A stretch of 36,871 nucleotides of DNA from a virus (taxonomy: Duplodnaviria; Caudoviricetes). How positions within the stretch are numbered: the stretch's first letter is position 1; each line of letters opens with the position of its first letter. Under the pieces are notes generated by a model. It was not told where the DNA came from, did no database searches, and was given only the letters and a program-made list of their open reading frames with translations. A program made the position numbers and the translations under genes. The stretch lies in the IMG/VR virus record IMGVR_UViG_3300048599_000821, positions 1 to 36,871 of that record. One strand, 5' to 3'. Positions 25,946 to 34,709 of the stretch are shown here, piece after piece.

Positions 25946-26565
25946 TGGCGCTCGACGATCCCGCCTATACGCTGGCCTGTTTCGCAAAGTTCGAGATGCC
26001 GGGCGGCGACGTGCGGCTGTGCGACGGCGGCGTGCTGTCGTTCGGCGGCGACGTCTATGCCGTCAGCGATCCCGTGTGGGGCGCGGTCGCGGAAATCCCT
26101 CCCGTCGAGGCGATGGTCGGCGACATGGCGCCGGGCGGCGCGCTGGCCCTGTCGCCCGATCCCGATGCGCCGATTTCGGTGCTGAAGGACGAGGCGGTGA
26201 ACGGTGCCCGGGTGCAGGCGTGGCTGGGTGAGGTCGACCCGGCGAACGGTCTTGTCGCCGACGCGACGCGACTGGGCGACTGGATCGTCGATTTCGTCAA
26301 GGTCCGGCTGGGCCGCGGCGCGCGCACGATCGTGCTCGAGCTGATCACGCTCGCCGAGTGGCTGTTCCTCGCGAACCGCGGCAACGTCCTGTCGTCGCGG
26401 TTCCACAAGAGCATCTGGCCGGGCGAGCGCGGGTTCGACAATTGCACCGATGTCGAGGTGTCGGTGCCGTGGGGGACCGAGGCGGCGCCGTCGGGCAAGG
26501 CGGGCGGCGGCACGGTACCGGGCGGCGGTGGCGGGCGATCGTGGAAGGACGCGCTGCTGCGATGA
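25945..26565 (+). CDS. Minor tail protein
   Basis: VRLCDGG, HKSIWPGERGFD; coupled to both neighbours. Confidence 0.7.
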   Translation: MALDDPAYTLACFAKFEMPGGDVRLCDGGVLSFGGDVYAVSDPVWGAVAEIPPVEAMVGDMAPGGALALSPDPDAPISVLKDEAVNGARVQAWLGEVDPANGLVADATRLGDWIVDFVKVRLGRGARTIVLELITLAEWLFLANRGNVLSSRFHKSIWPGERGFDNCTDVEVSVPWGTEAAPSGKAGGGTVPGGGGGRSWKDALLR

Positions 26566-27056
26566 CCGTCACACTCGCGGCGTCGAAGGGCGCGCCATAC
26601 CGGTACAAGGCGCCGCTGACGCTGGCGGCGCGGGCGGACGCCACGCGGAGAACGATCGACGTCTGGCGCGATCGCGCGATGGACTGGCGATCGCGGCACC
26701 ATTGCCTGGCGCTAGTGCACGCGCAGGCGCGGGCGATGGGGCACCGCATGCCGGCGCAACCCGTCGTCCGTACACCGATTGGCGGGCGCCGCGAACTCGG
26801 CCGCCGCGGGTTCGCCACGGTCGAGGCGATGCTGGACAGCCTGTTCCTGCGAATCGTCCCGGCAATGATGCGCGTCGGCGATATATGTACGCTGCCCGGT
26901 GAACCGGGAACGGGCGGCGAGGCGGGGCTGGCGGCGATGCTGATCGCCGACGGACAGGGCAATCTGTTCGGATGGCACGGCAGCGACCTGTCGCGGCTGT
27001 CGACGATCAAATTCGCGATGGCGGATTGCACCGGCGCGTGGAGGTTGGGCGAATGA
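26562..27056 (+). CDS. Tail-assembly NlpC/P60-like protein (DUF6950-like)
   Basis: MDW..HHC motif and RVGDI; occupies the lambda gpK position. Confidence 0.65.
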   Translation: MTVTLAASKGAPYRYKAPLTLAARADATRRTIDVWRDRAMDWRSRHHCLALVHAQARAMGHRMPAQPVVRTPIGGRRELGRRGFATVEAMLDSLFLRIVPAMMRVGDICTLPGEPGTGGEAGLAAMLIADGQGNLFGWHGSDLSRLSTIKFAMADCTGAWRLGE

Positions 27057-28957
27057 GCGGGGTGATGAAGACGATCGGCAAGGTCGCCGGCGTCATTGCC
27101 ACGGTCACGGCATTCATCCCCGGTATGCAGGCGGTCGCCGCGATCGCGGCCGCGGTATCCCTCGTTGCGACGACGGCGGGCAATCTGCTCGCGAAGAAAC
27201 CGGCTGCGCAGGGCCAAGTGGAAAGGAGGATGTTCGGCGCCAATTCGCCGTCCATCTATGCCATCGGGCGATCGTATAGCGCAGGGGCGCAGGTCCATGA
27301 CGCCGCGTGGGGCGGCAAGGTCAGCAAGGTGATGAACCCGTACCGGTTCCTGGTCGTCGTGCTGTCGTGCGCGGGGCCGATCCACGCGATCGACAGCGTC
27401 TGGTTCGACCATGCGCAGGTGCCGTTCAGCGGATCGGCGGCGACCGGATATTATGCCGGGTTCGTCTACAAGGACCAGCAGCTGGGCGCGCAGCCGGAGG
27501 CCGACGCGCTGGTATCGGCGCCCGGGCGAGGCTGGGGCATCCCCCCGGGCTGGGGCAGCGATTACAAGCTGTCGGGCAAGGCGGCGGTCGCGCTGTCGTT
27601 CAAGTTCGACAAGGACGGCAAGAAGTTCGCGCAGGGCATGCCGCCGATCGGTTTCATCCGGCGCGGGGTCAGCACCTATGACGCGCGGCAGGACAGCACA
27701 TTCCCCGGCGGTGCGGGCGCGCATCGGATCAATGATGAAACGACCTGGGCGTATAGCGAGGATCCCGCGCAGCACGCGGTGAGCTATGCCTATGGCCGGC
27801 GCGAGAATGGCAAGCTGGTGTTCGGGCCGGGGCTGGAGGCGACGGGCATCGACCTGGCCGTGGCGGTCGCATGGTCGAATGTGTGCGACGCCAACGCGTG
27901 GAAGGTCGGCGGCGACATCTATGAGCCCGGCGACCCGTGGAACAATCTGAAGCGGATATGCCAGGCGGGCGGCGCCGAGCCGGTGATCGGCAGCGACGGC
28001 GTGCTGACGTTCAAATATCAGGCGCCGCGCGTGTCGCTGGGAACGATCGGCCGCGCCGACATCAAGGGCGAGACGGCCGAAGCGGCGAACGCGCGGACAT
28101 TCCGCGAGCGCGTCAACACGATCGTGCCGCGCTTTCGCAGCGAGGCGAACCAGTGGAACTATGTCCAGGCGACGGCGCAGACGGTGGCGGCGTTCGTGGC
28201 GGCCGACGGCGGCGTCGATAAGACCGAAGAGATCCAGTACGACCTGGTGCAGAATGCCAATCAGGTCGCCGAACTGGCGCTGTACGAGATGTGGCAGCGG
28301 CGCGAGCCGCCGATCGGGCCGATCACGCTGGGCCCCGAATACAAGCATTACCAGCCCGGCGATACGCTGACGCTGCTGGCCGATACCGGGCTGTGGCACG
28401 AGAGCGAGGATCTGGACGTCGTCGTGCTGAAGAAGACGATCGATCCGCTGACCGGGCTGGTGACGTTCGAATTCGAGGGGGAAAATCCCGCCAAGCATCC
28501 CGCGGTGCTGGGCGCGACGGCGACGGCGCCGCCGGCGGTGACGATCCCGACGGCCGAGGAACGCGACATCGCCTTCGGTTACAACATCGATCACAGCGCG
28601 GCGCGGCGCTTCGTCGTGATGGTTCCACCGCTGCCGGCGACGTCGGACGACAACAGCATCAGCATCGCGGCGTTCGACGGCACGCTGGACGACGGGCGCC
28701 AGTTGATCTTCCCCGCCGACACGACGACTTTGGTGTCGCTGCCCAGCGGCACGAAGTTCGCGCTGTTCCGCGACCTTGGCAGCGCAACCTATGTCGCCGC
28801 GGCCGAGCCCGCGACGGCGGAGTTCGCCGATCCCGATATGGCCTTCCTCTACTGGATCGCGACGTCGACCGCGGGTTCCTATCCGTCGGCCGATCCGCCC
28901 CCGGGCGGATATGGCGGCGGCGGCGGCTTCTACCAGCCCAATATCTCGATCGAATAG
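27053..28957 (+). CDS. Tail tip / central fibre protein (gpJ-like)
   Basis: AIGRSY, AGPI, YDARQDST.PGG.G.HR...TWAYSEDPA, ERVNTI.PRF. Confidence 0.85.
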   Translation: MSGVMKTIGKVAGVIATVTAFIPGMQAVAAIAAAVSLVATTAGNLLAKKPAAQGQVERRMFGANSPSIYAIGRSYSAGAQVHDAAWGGKVSKVMNPYRFLVVVLSCAGPIHAIDSVWFDHAQVPFSGSAATGYYAGFVYKDQQLGAQPEADALVSAPGRGWGIPPGWGSDYKLSGKAAVALSFKFDKDGKKFAQGMPPIGFIRRGVSTYDARQDSTFPGGAGAHRINDETTWAYSEDPAQHAVSYAYGRRENGKLVFGPGLEATGIDLAVAVAWSNVCDANAWKVGGDIYEPGDPWNNLKRICQAGGAEPVIGSDGVLTFKYQAPRVSLGTIGRADIKGETAEAANARTFRERVNTIVPRFRSEANQWNYVQATAQTVAAFVAADGGVDKTEEIQYDLVQNANQVAELALYEMWQRREPPIGPITLGPEYKHYQPGDTLTLLADTGLWHESEDLDVVVLKKTIDPLTGLVTFEFEGENPAKHPAVLGATATAPPAVTIPTAEERDIAFGYNIDHSAARRFVVMVPPLPATSDDNSISIAAFDGTLDDGRQLIFPADTTTLVSLPSGTKFALFRDLGSATYVAAAEPATAEFADPDMAFLYWIATSTAGSYPSADPPPGGYGGGGGFYQPNISIE

Positions 28958-28988
28958 GTTCGACCGGGCAACCCGAGAAGGAAAGAGG

Positions 28989-29369
28989 ATGGCGGCACCA
29001 CCGAATTACGCCGCGCTCGTGACGGGCGCGGGGGCGGCTTATTGCGACCTAGATCTGGCGAACGACCAGCCGTTCGAACTCAACCTGCGTTTCGTCGCGG
29101 TCGATTACAACGCCGCGGCGATCGCGGTCGACGTGCGGTCGCTGCCTGACATCCGGATCACCGGCACGTCCTTGACGGTCAGCGCGCCGACGCTCGACGG
29201 CGCCGATACGATCTGCACCGCGTCACTGTCCGAGGCGGAGGTCGAAGCGCTGGGTAGCGCGTCTGAGCCGGGGCGCGAGATCGTTACCTATTACCGCGTC
29301 CACGTGACCCCGTCGGGCGGGGCGAAGCGGCTGTGGGCGGCGGGCAAGCTGACGCGACTGGGGAGTTGA
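28989..29369 (+). CDS. Tail-associated protein (126 aa)
   Basis: SD GAGG; beta-rich sequence preceding the fibre gene. Confidence 0.65.
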   Translation: MAAPPNYAALVTGAGAAYCDLDLANDQPFELNLRFVAVDYNAAAIAVDVRSLPDIRITGTSLTVSAPTLDGADTICTASLSEAEVEALGSASEPGREIVTYYRVHVTPSGGAKRLWAAGKLTRLGS

Positions 29370-29373
29370 GACG

Positions 29374-31500
29374 ATGGCCGATCTGACGCTGCAGCTGTTG
29401 GAAAAGCAGGTTCACCTGCACACGGGCGAGAATACCGGCGAAGCGCGTGCGGCGGCGCAGGCCGCGAAGACAGCGCGTGACGATATTCTGAACGATCCCG
29501 GATTTCAGGCGGTGGCAGCCGACATGATCGGCCCGGGCAACATCGCCGCCGTAGCGCTGCGTGCCGCCGATATCGAAGCCACGGCAACGAATATGCCGGC
29601 CATACTGGCGGCTCCGGGCGCGGCCGCCGACGCGGCAGCGGCAGCGGCGGGACTACAATATCTGTTGCCCGCGACATTCCTGCCCGCGGTGTGGACGGCG
29701 GGATATTGGTGGCGACGCCCACGCGGCACCGTCATTCGCGACTTCATCGGCAACAAGCATGTCGACATCGCCACAGCCTTTCCGAACGGCCTGTCGTTCG
29801 ACGGTGACGGCTGGCTGATCCTCGCCAACCAGGGGGCGAAGCTCCCCGCGCAGGGGCACAAGGCGCAGCTTCATATCTTCGAGGTCAAAGAGGGCGGCGG
29901 CACCGGATATTATTTCGCGACCTCCACGGGCAAGGCCGCCGGCAAGGGGCAGGTCGGCGGCCTCGCCACGTGGACCAAGGTCTATGGGGTGCAGGGCTGG
30001 GGTCCGCATCAGATATTTCGGCGCGGCGATTCGGGCGGCACCGGCGGCTATGAATGGGAAGGCGGCGGCGTCGTGGGCGTCGCGGCCGTTGCGGCCGACA
30101 ACCCGACCGGTCAGCCGGTGCTCGCTGCGGCCAGTTCGGCCCTGGCGGGCAAGGCGTCGTGGATTCGCTATATCTGCTCGCTGTATGCGGCGACCGAACC
30201 CACCGACGCGGAGTTCAGCCAGGCGGTGCAATATCTGCGACCGGAGCTCGCCGAGCACCGCAAGTGGCTGCGGGTCGAAGATTGCCCGCGCGAAGCGATC
30301 CCCGTGTTCGCCTTTGGTGAGAGCACCGACACATCGACGCTGTTCGCAACGGCGACGGCAAGCTTCGCCGGCGACGTGATGACGGTGATCGGCTTCAACG
30401 GCAACGCGCCGCGCGTGTTGGAGGCTGGTCACGCGCTGAAGGCGAGCGCCAACGCCGACCTCAACCAATATGTCGTCGCGCAGCTGACCAGCAGCGAACC
30501 CGACGGGGCGATGGGCAAGCGCGGAACCTATCGCGTGAGCTGGGCACCCGCGGTGACGGGCAACCAGGCCGTCTATTATCCCGACATGACGGTCGCTCAG
30601 CAGAATCAGCGCGCGAACAATGTCCGCGTCGTCGCTCGAAACAGCAACAGTTCGGGCACTACGGGCGTTTCGATGGACCGGCTGACCATGCGGCCGCCCT
30701 ACGACAACCAGGCGGCACCGAACGTCAAGTCGATCGCACCGAAATCGGGCTGGGCCTATGGCTTCGTTCGCGCCGCCAACGAAGCGCCCGACGACGGGCG
30801 CTTCTATGACCTGGTGTTCGTTTCGCAAGGATCGACACAGGATTGCCCGGGCGGTTCCGAAGCCGCGCAGACGACCTCGACCAGCTATGTCAACGCGCTC
30901 GGTGGCACCACGAATGTCACCGCGGCGCTGTCGCGCAACGTCAAGAATCTTGTCTCGGCGGGAATGGTTGGCTCGCTGCTCAATCGCAATATTCACCGCG
31001 AAGAGCAGCGCAGCCGCAGGATCGGCGTCGGCTACACCGTCGTCCATTGGGTCAAGAGCTGGGGCCTCAACACCGCGTTCATCGGAACGGGCGCGGTTCC
31101 CGATGTCGCCACCCCGCTGCAATGGCTGGAAGACGATCGGCAATTCATCATCACCTTTGTCGGCATCGCCGACCCACAGATGACGATCGTCGATCCGCAT
31201 CAGCCCGATGGCGACGGCGACGGCTTCGCGGATGGCGTCTTGGACGGGGATCCCGATTACCCGAACAGTCCGGCTGGCGTGAACCGTGCCGCCGCCCTGG
31301 CGAACGAACGCGACGCCGGCACCGCCTTCAAGGCTGCGCATCCCGCTTCGGTCGACCGGATCGACGGCAACGTCGTCCACCTGAACAGCGCGAATGGCGA
31401 TCGGGTGCACCCCAGCTTTGCCGGTCAGGACAAGCTCGGCGGGCTGATCCACGCGAATGTCCGCGCCAAGCGCAATGTGCGCACAACGCCCGTTTTTTAG
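29374..31500 (+). CDS. Putative receptor-binding/tail spike protein with a C-terminal SGNH (SASA-like) esterase domain
   Basis: Ala-rich N-terminal anchor; FAFGEST (block I), SQGST, DRVHPSFAGQ (DxxH block V). Confidence 0.65.
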   Translation: MADLTLQLLEKQVHLHTGENTGEARAAAQAAKTARDDILNDPGFQAVAADMIGPGNIAAVALRAADIEATATNMPAILAAPGAAADAAAAAAGLQYLLPATFLPAVWTAGYWWRRPRGTVIRDFIGNKHVDIATAFPNGLSFDGDGWLILANQGAKLPAQGHKAQLHIFEVKEGGGTGYYFATSTGKAAGKGQVGGLATWTKVYGVQGWGPHQIFRRGDSGGTGGYEWEGGGVVGVAAVAADNPTGQPVLAAASSALAGKASWIRYICSLYAATEPTDAEFSQAVQYLRPELAEHRKWLRVEDCPREAIPVFAFGESTDTSTLFATATASFAGDVMTVIGFNGNAPRVLEAGHALKASANADLNQYVVAQLTSSEPDGAMGKRGTYRVSWAPAVTGNQAVYYPDMTVAQQNQRANNVRVVARNSNSSGTTGVSMDRLTMRPPYDNQAAPNVKSIAPKSGWAYGFVRAANEAPDDGRFYDLVFVSQGSTQDCPGGSEAAQTTSTSYVNALGGTTNVTAALSRNVKNLVSAGMVGSLLNRNIHREEQRSRRIGVGYTVVHWVKSWGLNTAFIGTGAVPDVATPLQWLEDDRQFIITFVGIADPQMTIVDPHQPDGDGDGFADGVLDGDPDYPNSPAGVNRAAALANERDAGTAFKAAHPASVDRIDGNVVHLNSANGDRVHPSFAGQDKLGGLIHANVRAKRNVRTTPVF

Positions 31501-31510
31501 GGAGGCAACG

Positions 31511-32080
31511 ATGCTCCAACCGCAATATCAGTGGCTGCTGGACGGGCTGTTCCCGCCCCCACGGATGCTCAACAGCGCGCTCTTTCTGGACACGCTTCCT
31601 GCCGCCGACTGGCTGCGCGAAGTCTGTGTCGACGCGGGCAAGCTGTTCGTGATTTTACCGCCCGAACCGCTGCCGGGGGGCCAGATCGCCGTCAGCGACA
31701 TCTCACTGGTCACCGACTATGATCCGATGGTCCATGTTGAGCGACCACGCTCCGAGCTGTCCCAGGGTGCGCGACGCCTCGGCCCTGGCAGCGTCTTCGA
31801 TCCTGCGCAGGTTGGCGTACCCGTCGAACTGGGCGAATGCGGCGACATCGTGCTGCGCGGTGGCGATGCTGGCGTTCTGATCGGTGACGATGGCGATTCC
31901 GCGCATGTGTTGCTGGCCGGGCTCGCAGTCGAGAAATGGCCTATAGCCGAATGCAGCTTTCGTCACCCGCCGCAAACGCATGGCAGCGACTTCATGGCGC
32001 GTTTCGCCCTGCTGTCCGACGGTACACTCAACCGCCCTGCAATGGACTGGCTTCTGGGGGCAGAAGAGCAGGCCGAATGA
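31511..32080 (+). CDS. Hypothetical protein (189 aa)
   Basis: SD GGAGG; follows the spike gene. Confidence 0.7.
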   Translation: MLQPQYQWLLDGLFPPPRMLNSALFLDTLPAADWLREVCVDAGKLFVILPPEPLPGGQIAVSDISLVTDYDPMVHVERPRSELSQGARRLGPGSVFDPAQVGVPVELGECGDIVLRGGDAGVLIGDDGDSAHVLLAGLAVEKWPIAECSFRHPPQTHGSDFMARFALLSDGTLNRPAMDWLLGAEEQAE

Positions 32081-32082
32081 CC

Positions 32083-32622
32083 TCAGGCGCAGGCTTTCTC
32101 GGCAATCCTTCGTTTCAGTTCGATCCTGCCAGCGGCATTCGCATGAACGTCGTCGGAGCGATGCGCTGCCGACAAGGCTGGAACTACAGACCAGCCGTTC
32201 TTCTTTGCGAGGTCGGCGGGGGCGTCGATGACGATCGCACCGACGGGGGCGATTTTCTCAAGGTCGTTTTGCCACGAATCCTTCTGCTGCCGGTCGTTCG
32301 CTCCCGCGGATACGATGATGACGCTAGGCGCCAGCTTGGCGATAAGTGGTGCTGCCAAGGGTGCGATCTGGTCGGCGCGCGCTCCGGCCATGCCGGCGTT
32401 GAAAACGGGCTTTCCACAAAGTTCAGGGATATAGAGTCGGTGGACAATGCTGTCCCCGATCAGCAGGACGCCGCCGGTCGGGAAATCCTCCGCCCGCTTC
32501 TCATGGGCAAAACGCCATTTGGCGTAAGGGTCGAAGGGTTCGCGCCAGCGAATATAGCCCGCAGAGACGCCAACGGACGCGCCGACAAAAATCCCCACGA
32601 GAAACAGTACTGCACCCTTCAT
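32083..32622 (-). CDS. Membrane-anchored/secreted GDSL-SGNH esterase (moron); start 32622 or 32688
   Basis: N-terminal hydrophobic helix, LLIGDSI, FNAGMAG, SAGAND, DDVH. Confidence 0.85.
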   Translation of the reverse strand: MKGAVLFLVGIFVGASVGVSAGYIRWREPFDPYAKWRFAHEKRAEDFPTGGVLLIGDSIVHRLYIPELCGKPVFNAGMAGARADQIAPLAAPLIAKLAPSVIIVSAGANDRQQKDSWQNDLEKIAPVGAIVIDAPADLAKKNGWSVVPALSAAHRSDDVHANAAGRIELKRRIAEKACA

Positions 32623-32714
32623 GCCCGTCGCGTGCCAGCTCTTTCGATATTCGTCAATCAATGAGTAACCGGCTTTTAGGCGCCTCATTGCTGTTTCTGA
32701 TCTTTTTCTACGTG

Positions 32715-32740
32715 AAGGGCGCGCTGGCGCCCTTTCTTTT
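32715..32740 (+). terminator. Hairpin plus U-tract before the lysis cassette
   Basis: AAGGGCGC-GCTG-GCGCCCTT-TCTTTT. Confidence 0.5.
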
Positions 32741-32776
32741 GCTCGCCGCACTGGGCGGCGCCTTGCTGAAGGGCCG

Positions 32777-32998
32777 ATGATGTCGATGAATCTGGAAACC
32801 CATGGCGGCGAGATCGCCGCGGCCGCGACCAAGGGCACGCCTCCCTTGGCCGTTACCGGCATGGCGATCGCCGGCGTGCCGCTGCAGGATTGGGTGCTTG
32901 CCGCCACGCTGGTCTACACGCTGCTGCAGATCGCGCTGCTCGTCCACAAGTTCGTGAAGGGACGCGCGGCCGAGCGCGCCGAAAAGGGCGGCGCATGA
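32777..32998 (+). CDS. Holin
   Basis: Small hydrophobic protein, GVPLQDWVLAATLVYTLLQI, basic C-terminus, overlaps the endolysin start. Confidence 0.8.
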   Translation: MMSMNLETHGGEIAAAATKGTPPLAVTGMAIAGVPLQDWVLAATLVYTLLQIALLVHKFVKGRAAERAEKGGA

Positions 32999-33546
32999 CG
33001 GCGCCGACAAACGAAGCGACGGGCGGCCTGGGCAAGCGGATCGCGGTCGCGCTGCTCACGCTGAGCGCGGCGGGGTTCGTGACCTGGCAGGCCAGCGAGG
33101 GCTATACGCCCGTCGCGGTGATCCCGACCAAGGGCGATGTTCCGACGATCGGCTTTGGCGCGACGCGCTATGAGGACGGCCGCCGGGTGAAGATGGGCGA
33201 TCGGATCGATCGCGCGCGCGCCACCGAGCTCGCGCGCAACCTGATCCGCGAGGACGAACGCGCCTTCGCGGCATCGATGCCGCCGGACGTCAGGCTGAGC
33301 CAGACCGAATATGACGTCTATATCGATTTCGTCGGTCAGTATGGCATGGGCAACTGGCGGCGTTCGTCGATGCGCCGGCAGGTGATGGCGGGGCAATATG
33401 TCTCCGCGTGCCGATCGCTGCTGAAATACCGCTTCGCCGACGGTTACGACTGCAGCACGACGGTCAATGGGAAACCGAACAAGCGATGCTGGGGCGTGTG
33501 GACGCGGCAGCGCGATCGCGCCGCCAAATGCCTGGCGGCGCAGTGA
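32995..33546 (+). CDS. GH24 lysozyme endolysin, likely SAR type
   Basis: Weakly hydrophobic N-terminal helix, SEGY...GDVPTIGFGAT, YIDFVGQYG, paired C-terminal Cys. Confidence 0.9.
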   Translation: MTAPTNEATGGLGKRIAVALLTLSAAGFVTWQASEGYTPVAVIPTKGDVPTIGFGATRYEDGRRVKMGDRIDRARATELARNLIREDERAFAASMPPDVRLSQTEYDVYIDFVGQYGMGNWRRSSMRRQVMAGQYVSACRSLLKYRFADGYDCSTTVNGKPNKRCWGVWTRQRDRAAKCLAAQ

Positions 33547-34079
33547 TGACGTTCAATCCCTTTTCCGCAGTGACGTCGAAGATCTTCGGCGCAACGGCGC
33601 TCACGCTGGTGATGGTGGTCGGGCTGCAGGGATGCCGGATCGACCGCATCGAGGGCGAACGCGATCGCGCGATCGCGCGCGCGAAGGACGAGGCCGCGGC
33701 ACACGCCGGTACCGTCGCCAATTATCGCGCGGCCGCGCTGCAGTTTGCGCTCTCCATGACCGCCAACCTCGGCCGCGTGCAGGCCGAACAGCAAAGGATC
33801 TCCGATGAAACGCTTGCTTCCTATGACGCTCGTCTTGCCGATGCTCGTCGCCGGCTGCGCGAAGCCGGGGCCCGAACCGATCCCGGCCGCGCCGGTGCGA
33901 CTGCAATGCCCGGCGCCGGCGATGCCGCCGGCGGCGCTGCTGAAGCGCCCGACGACATTCTTTCTGCCGACGAACGACTGATCGCGGCCGAGCAGGCGAT
34001 CCAGCTCGACGAGCTGATCAACTGGGTGGAGCGTCAGGGCGTGGTGGCGACGTCGCCGGCCGCTGCGTCAACGGATTGA
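33546..34079 (+). CDS. Rz-like inner-membrane spanin
   Basis: N-terminal TM, coiled coil, EQAIQLDELINWV C-terminus; follows the endolysin. Confidence 0.8.
   Translation: MTFNPFSAVTSKIFGATALTLVMVVGLQGCRIDRIEGERDRAIARAKDEAAAHAGTVANYRAAALQFALSMTANLGRVQAEQQRISDETLASYDARLADARRRLREAGARTDPGRAGATAMPGAGDAAGGAAEAPDDILSADERLIAAEQAIQLDELINWVERQGVVATSPAAASTD
33805..33981 (+). CDS. Rz1-like outer-membrane lipoprotein spanin, fully embedded in Rz in the +1 frame
   Basis: MKRLLPMTLVLPMLVAGC (lipobox VAGC) followed by a Pro-rich 40-aa mature part; SD AAAGGA. Confidence 0.8.
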   Translation: MKRLLPMTLVLPMLVAGCAKPGPEPIPAAPVRLQCPAPAMPPAALLKRPTTFFLPTND

Positions 34080-34431
34080 AGCGCTCGCCGCGCGGCGGCA
34101 GCGCCTTGCGCGCGGCGTCGAGCAGCGGCTGTTCGGTCGCAAGGCACGGCTGGATCCCGACGGCGCGCATCACGCCGCGCAGCTGGGTCATCAATTGTGT
34201 GGAGCGATAAAAGCTGTCGGTGGTTGCCGACCAGCCCTTGCGGGCGTCGATCGCCTGGCGCCAGAAGTCGTCGAAAGGTTTGCGGTCGCCGTCGCGGCTG
34301 AAGCTATGAGCGGCCGCCAGCGCCAGGCGCAACGATGCCGTCGGGCGCATCGGTCCATCCCTCACGAGCTCGACGCACTCGGCGAGGTGGATCAGCGCCA
34401 GCTGAAGGATCTTGTCGCGGTCGACTCGCAT
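34018..34431 (-). CDS. Hypothetical protein under an SOS box (137 aa)
   Basis: ATG 18 nt downstream of GAAC-N7-GAAC; helical protein-like sequence. Confidence 0.7.
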   Translation of the reverse strand: MRVDRDKILQLALIHLAECVELVRDGPMRPTASLRLALAAAHSFSRDGDRKPFDDFWRQAIDARKGWSATTDSFYRSTQLMTQLRGVMRAVGIQPCLATEQPLLDAARKALPPRGERFNPLTQRPATSPPRPDAPPS

Positions 34432-34449
34432 GGCGGCATCATCGCATTT

Positions 34450-34464
34450 GTTCCCATAATGTTC
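34450..34464 (-). promoter_or_regulatory. Alphaproteobacterial LexA (SOS) box
   Basis: GTTCCCATAATGTTC is a perfect GTTC-N7-GTTC. Confidence 0.8.
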
Positions 34465-34565
34465 CAGTCGTCGGCAAGTTGGGGTGAACCCGCGATCATC
34501 CTGTTGCCCGCAACAGAATGATCCCCTGACCGGTCGCCGATCGACGGCAAAGCCGCGCCCAAATT

Positions 34566-34587
34566 GGGGGTATCGGCGGGGGTATCG
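34566..34587 (+). repeat. Tandem integrase arm-type binding sites
   Basis: Direct repeat GGGGGTATCG at 34566-34575 and 34578-34587, resembling P4-family arm sites. Confidence 0.65.
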
Positions 34588-34643
34588 CCGCGCGGCGCAT
34601 AAGCGTCCGGCCGCAGAAATCCGCCCTTTCCCGCTCCGGGCAG

Positions 34644-34662
34644 CGCGGAGGGATTATCCGCG
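34644..34662. other. Candidate attP core
   Basis: CGCGGA-GGGATTA-TCCGCG: inverted arms around a 7-bp spacer, flanked by an imperfect inverted repeat GCAGAAATCCGCC / GGCGGTTTTGC. Confidence 0.5.
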
Positions 34663-34709
34663 ACACTCGCCGCCGAAAATGGCGGTTTTGCGTTCATCAC
34701 CGGAGAGAC

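Noticed and set aside
17571-31452. Long antisense ORFs (e.g. 17571-19286, 23269-25338, 26345-28594, 29653-31452)
   Set aside because: Shadows of real GC-rich genes on the opposite strand; Arg/Ala-rich with no motifs
27053-32080. Diversity-generating retroelement or invertible tail-fibre cassette
   Set aside because: No reverse transcriptase or invertase, and no duplicated template/variable repeat noticed by eye; a self-dotplot would be needed to exclude it fully
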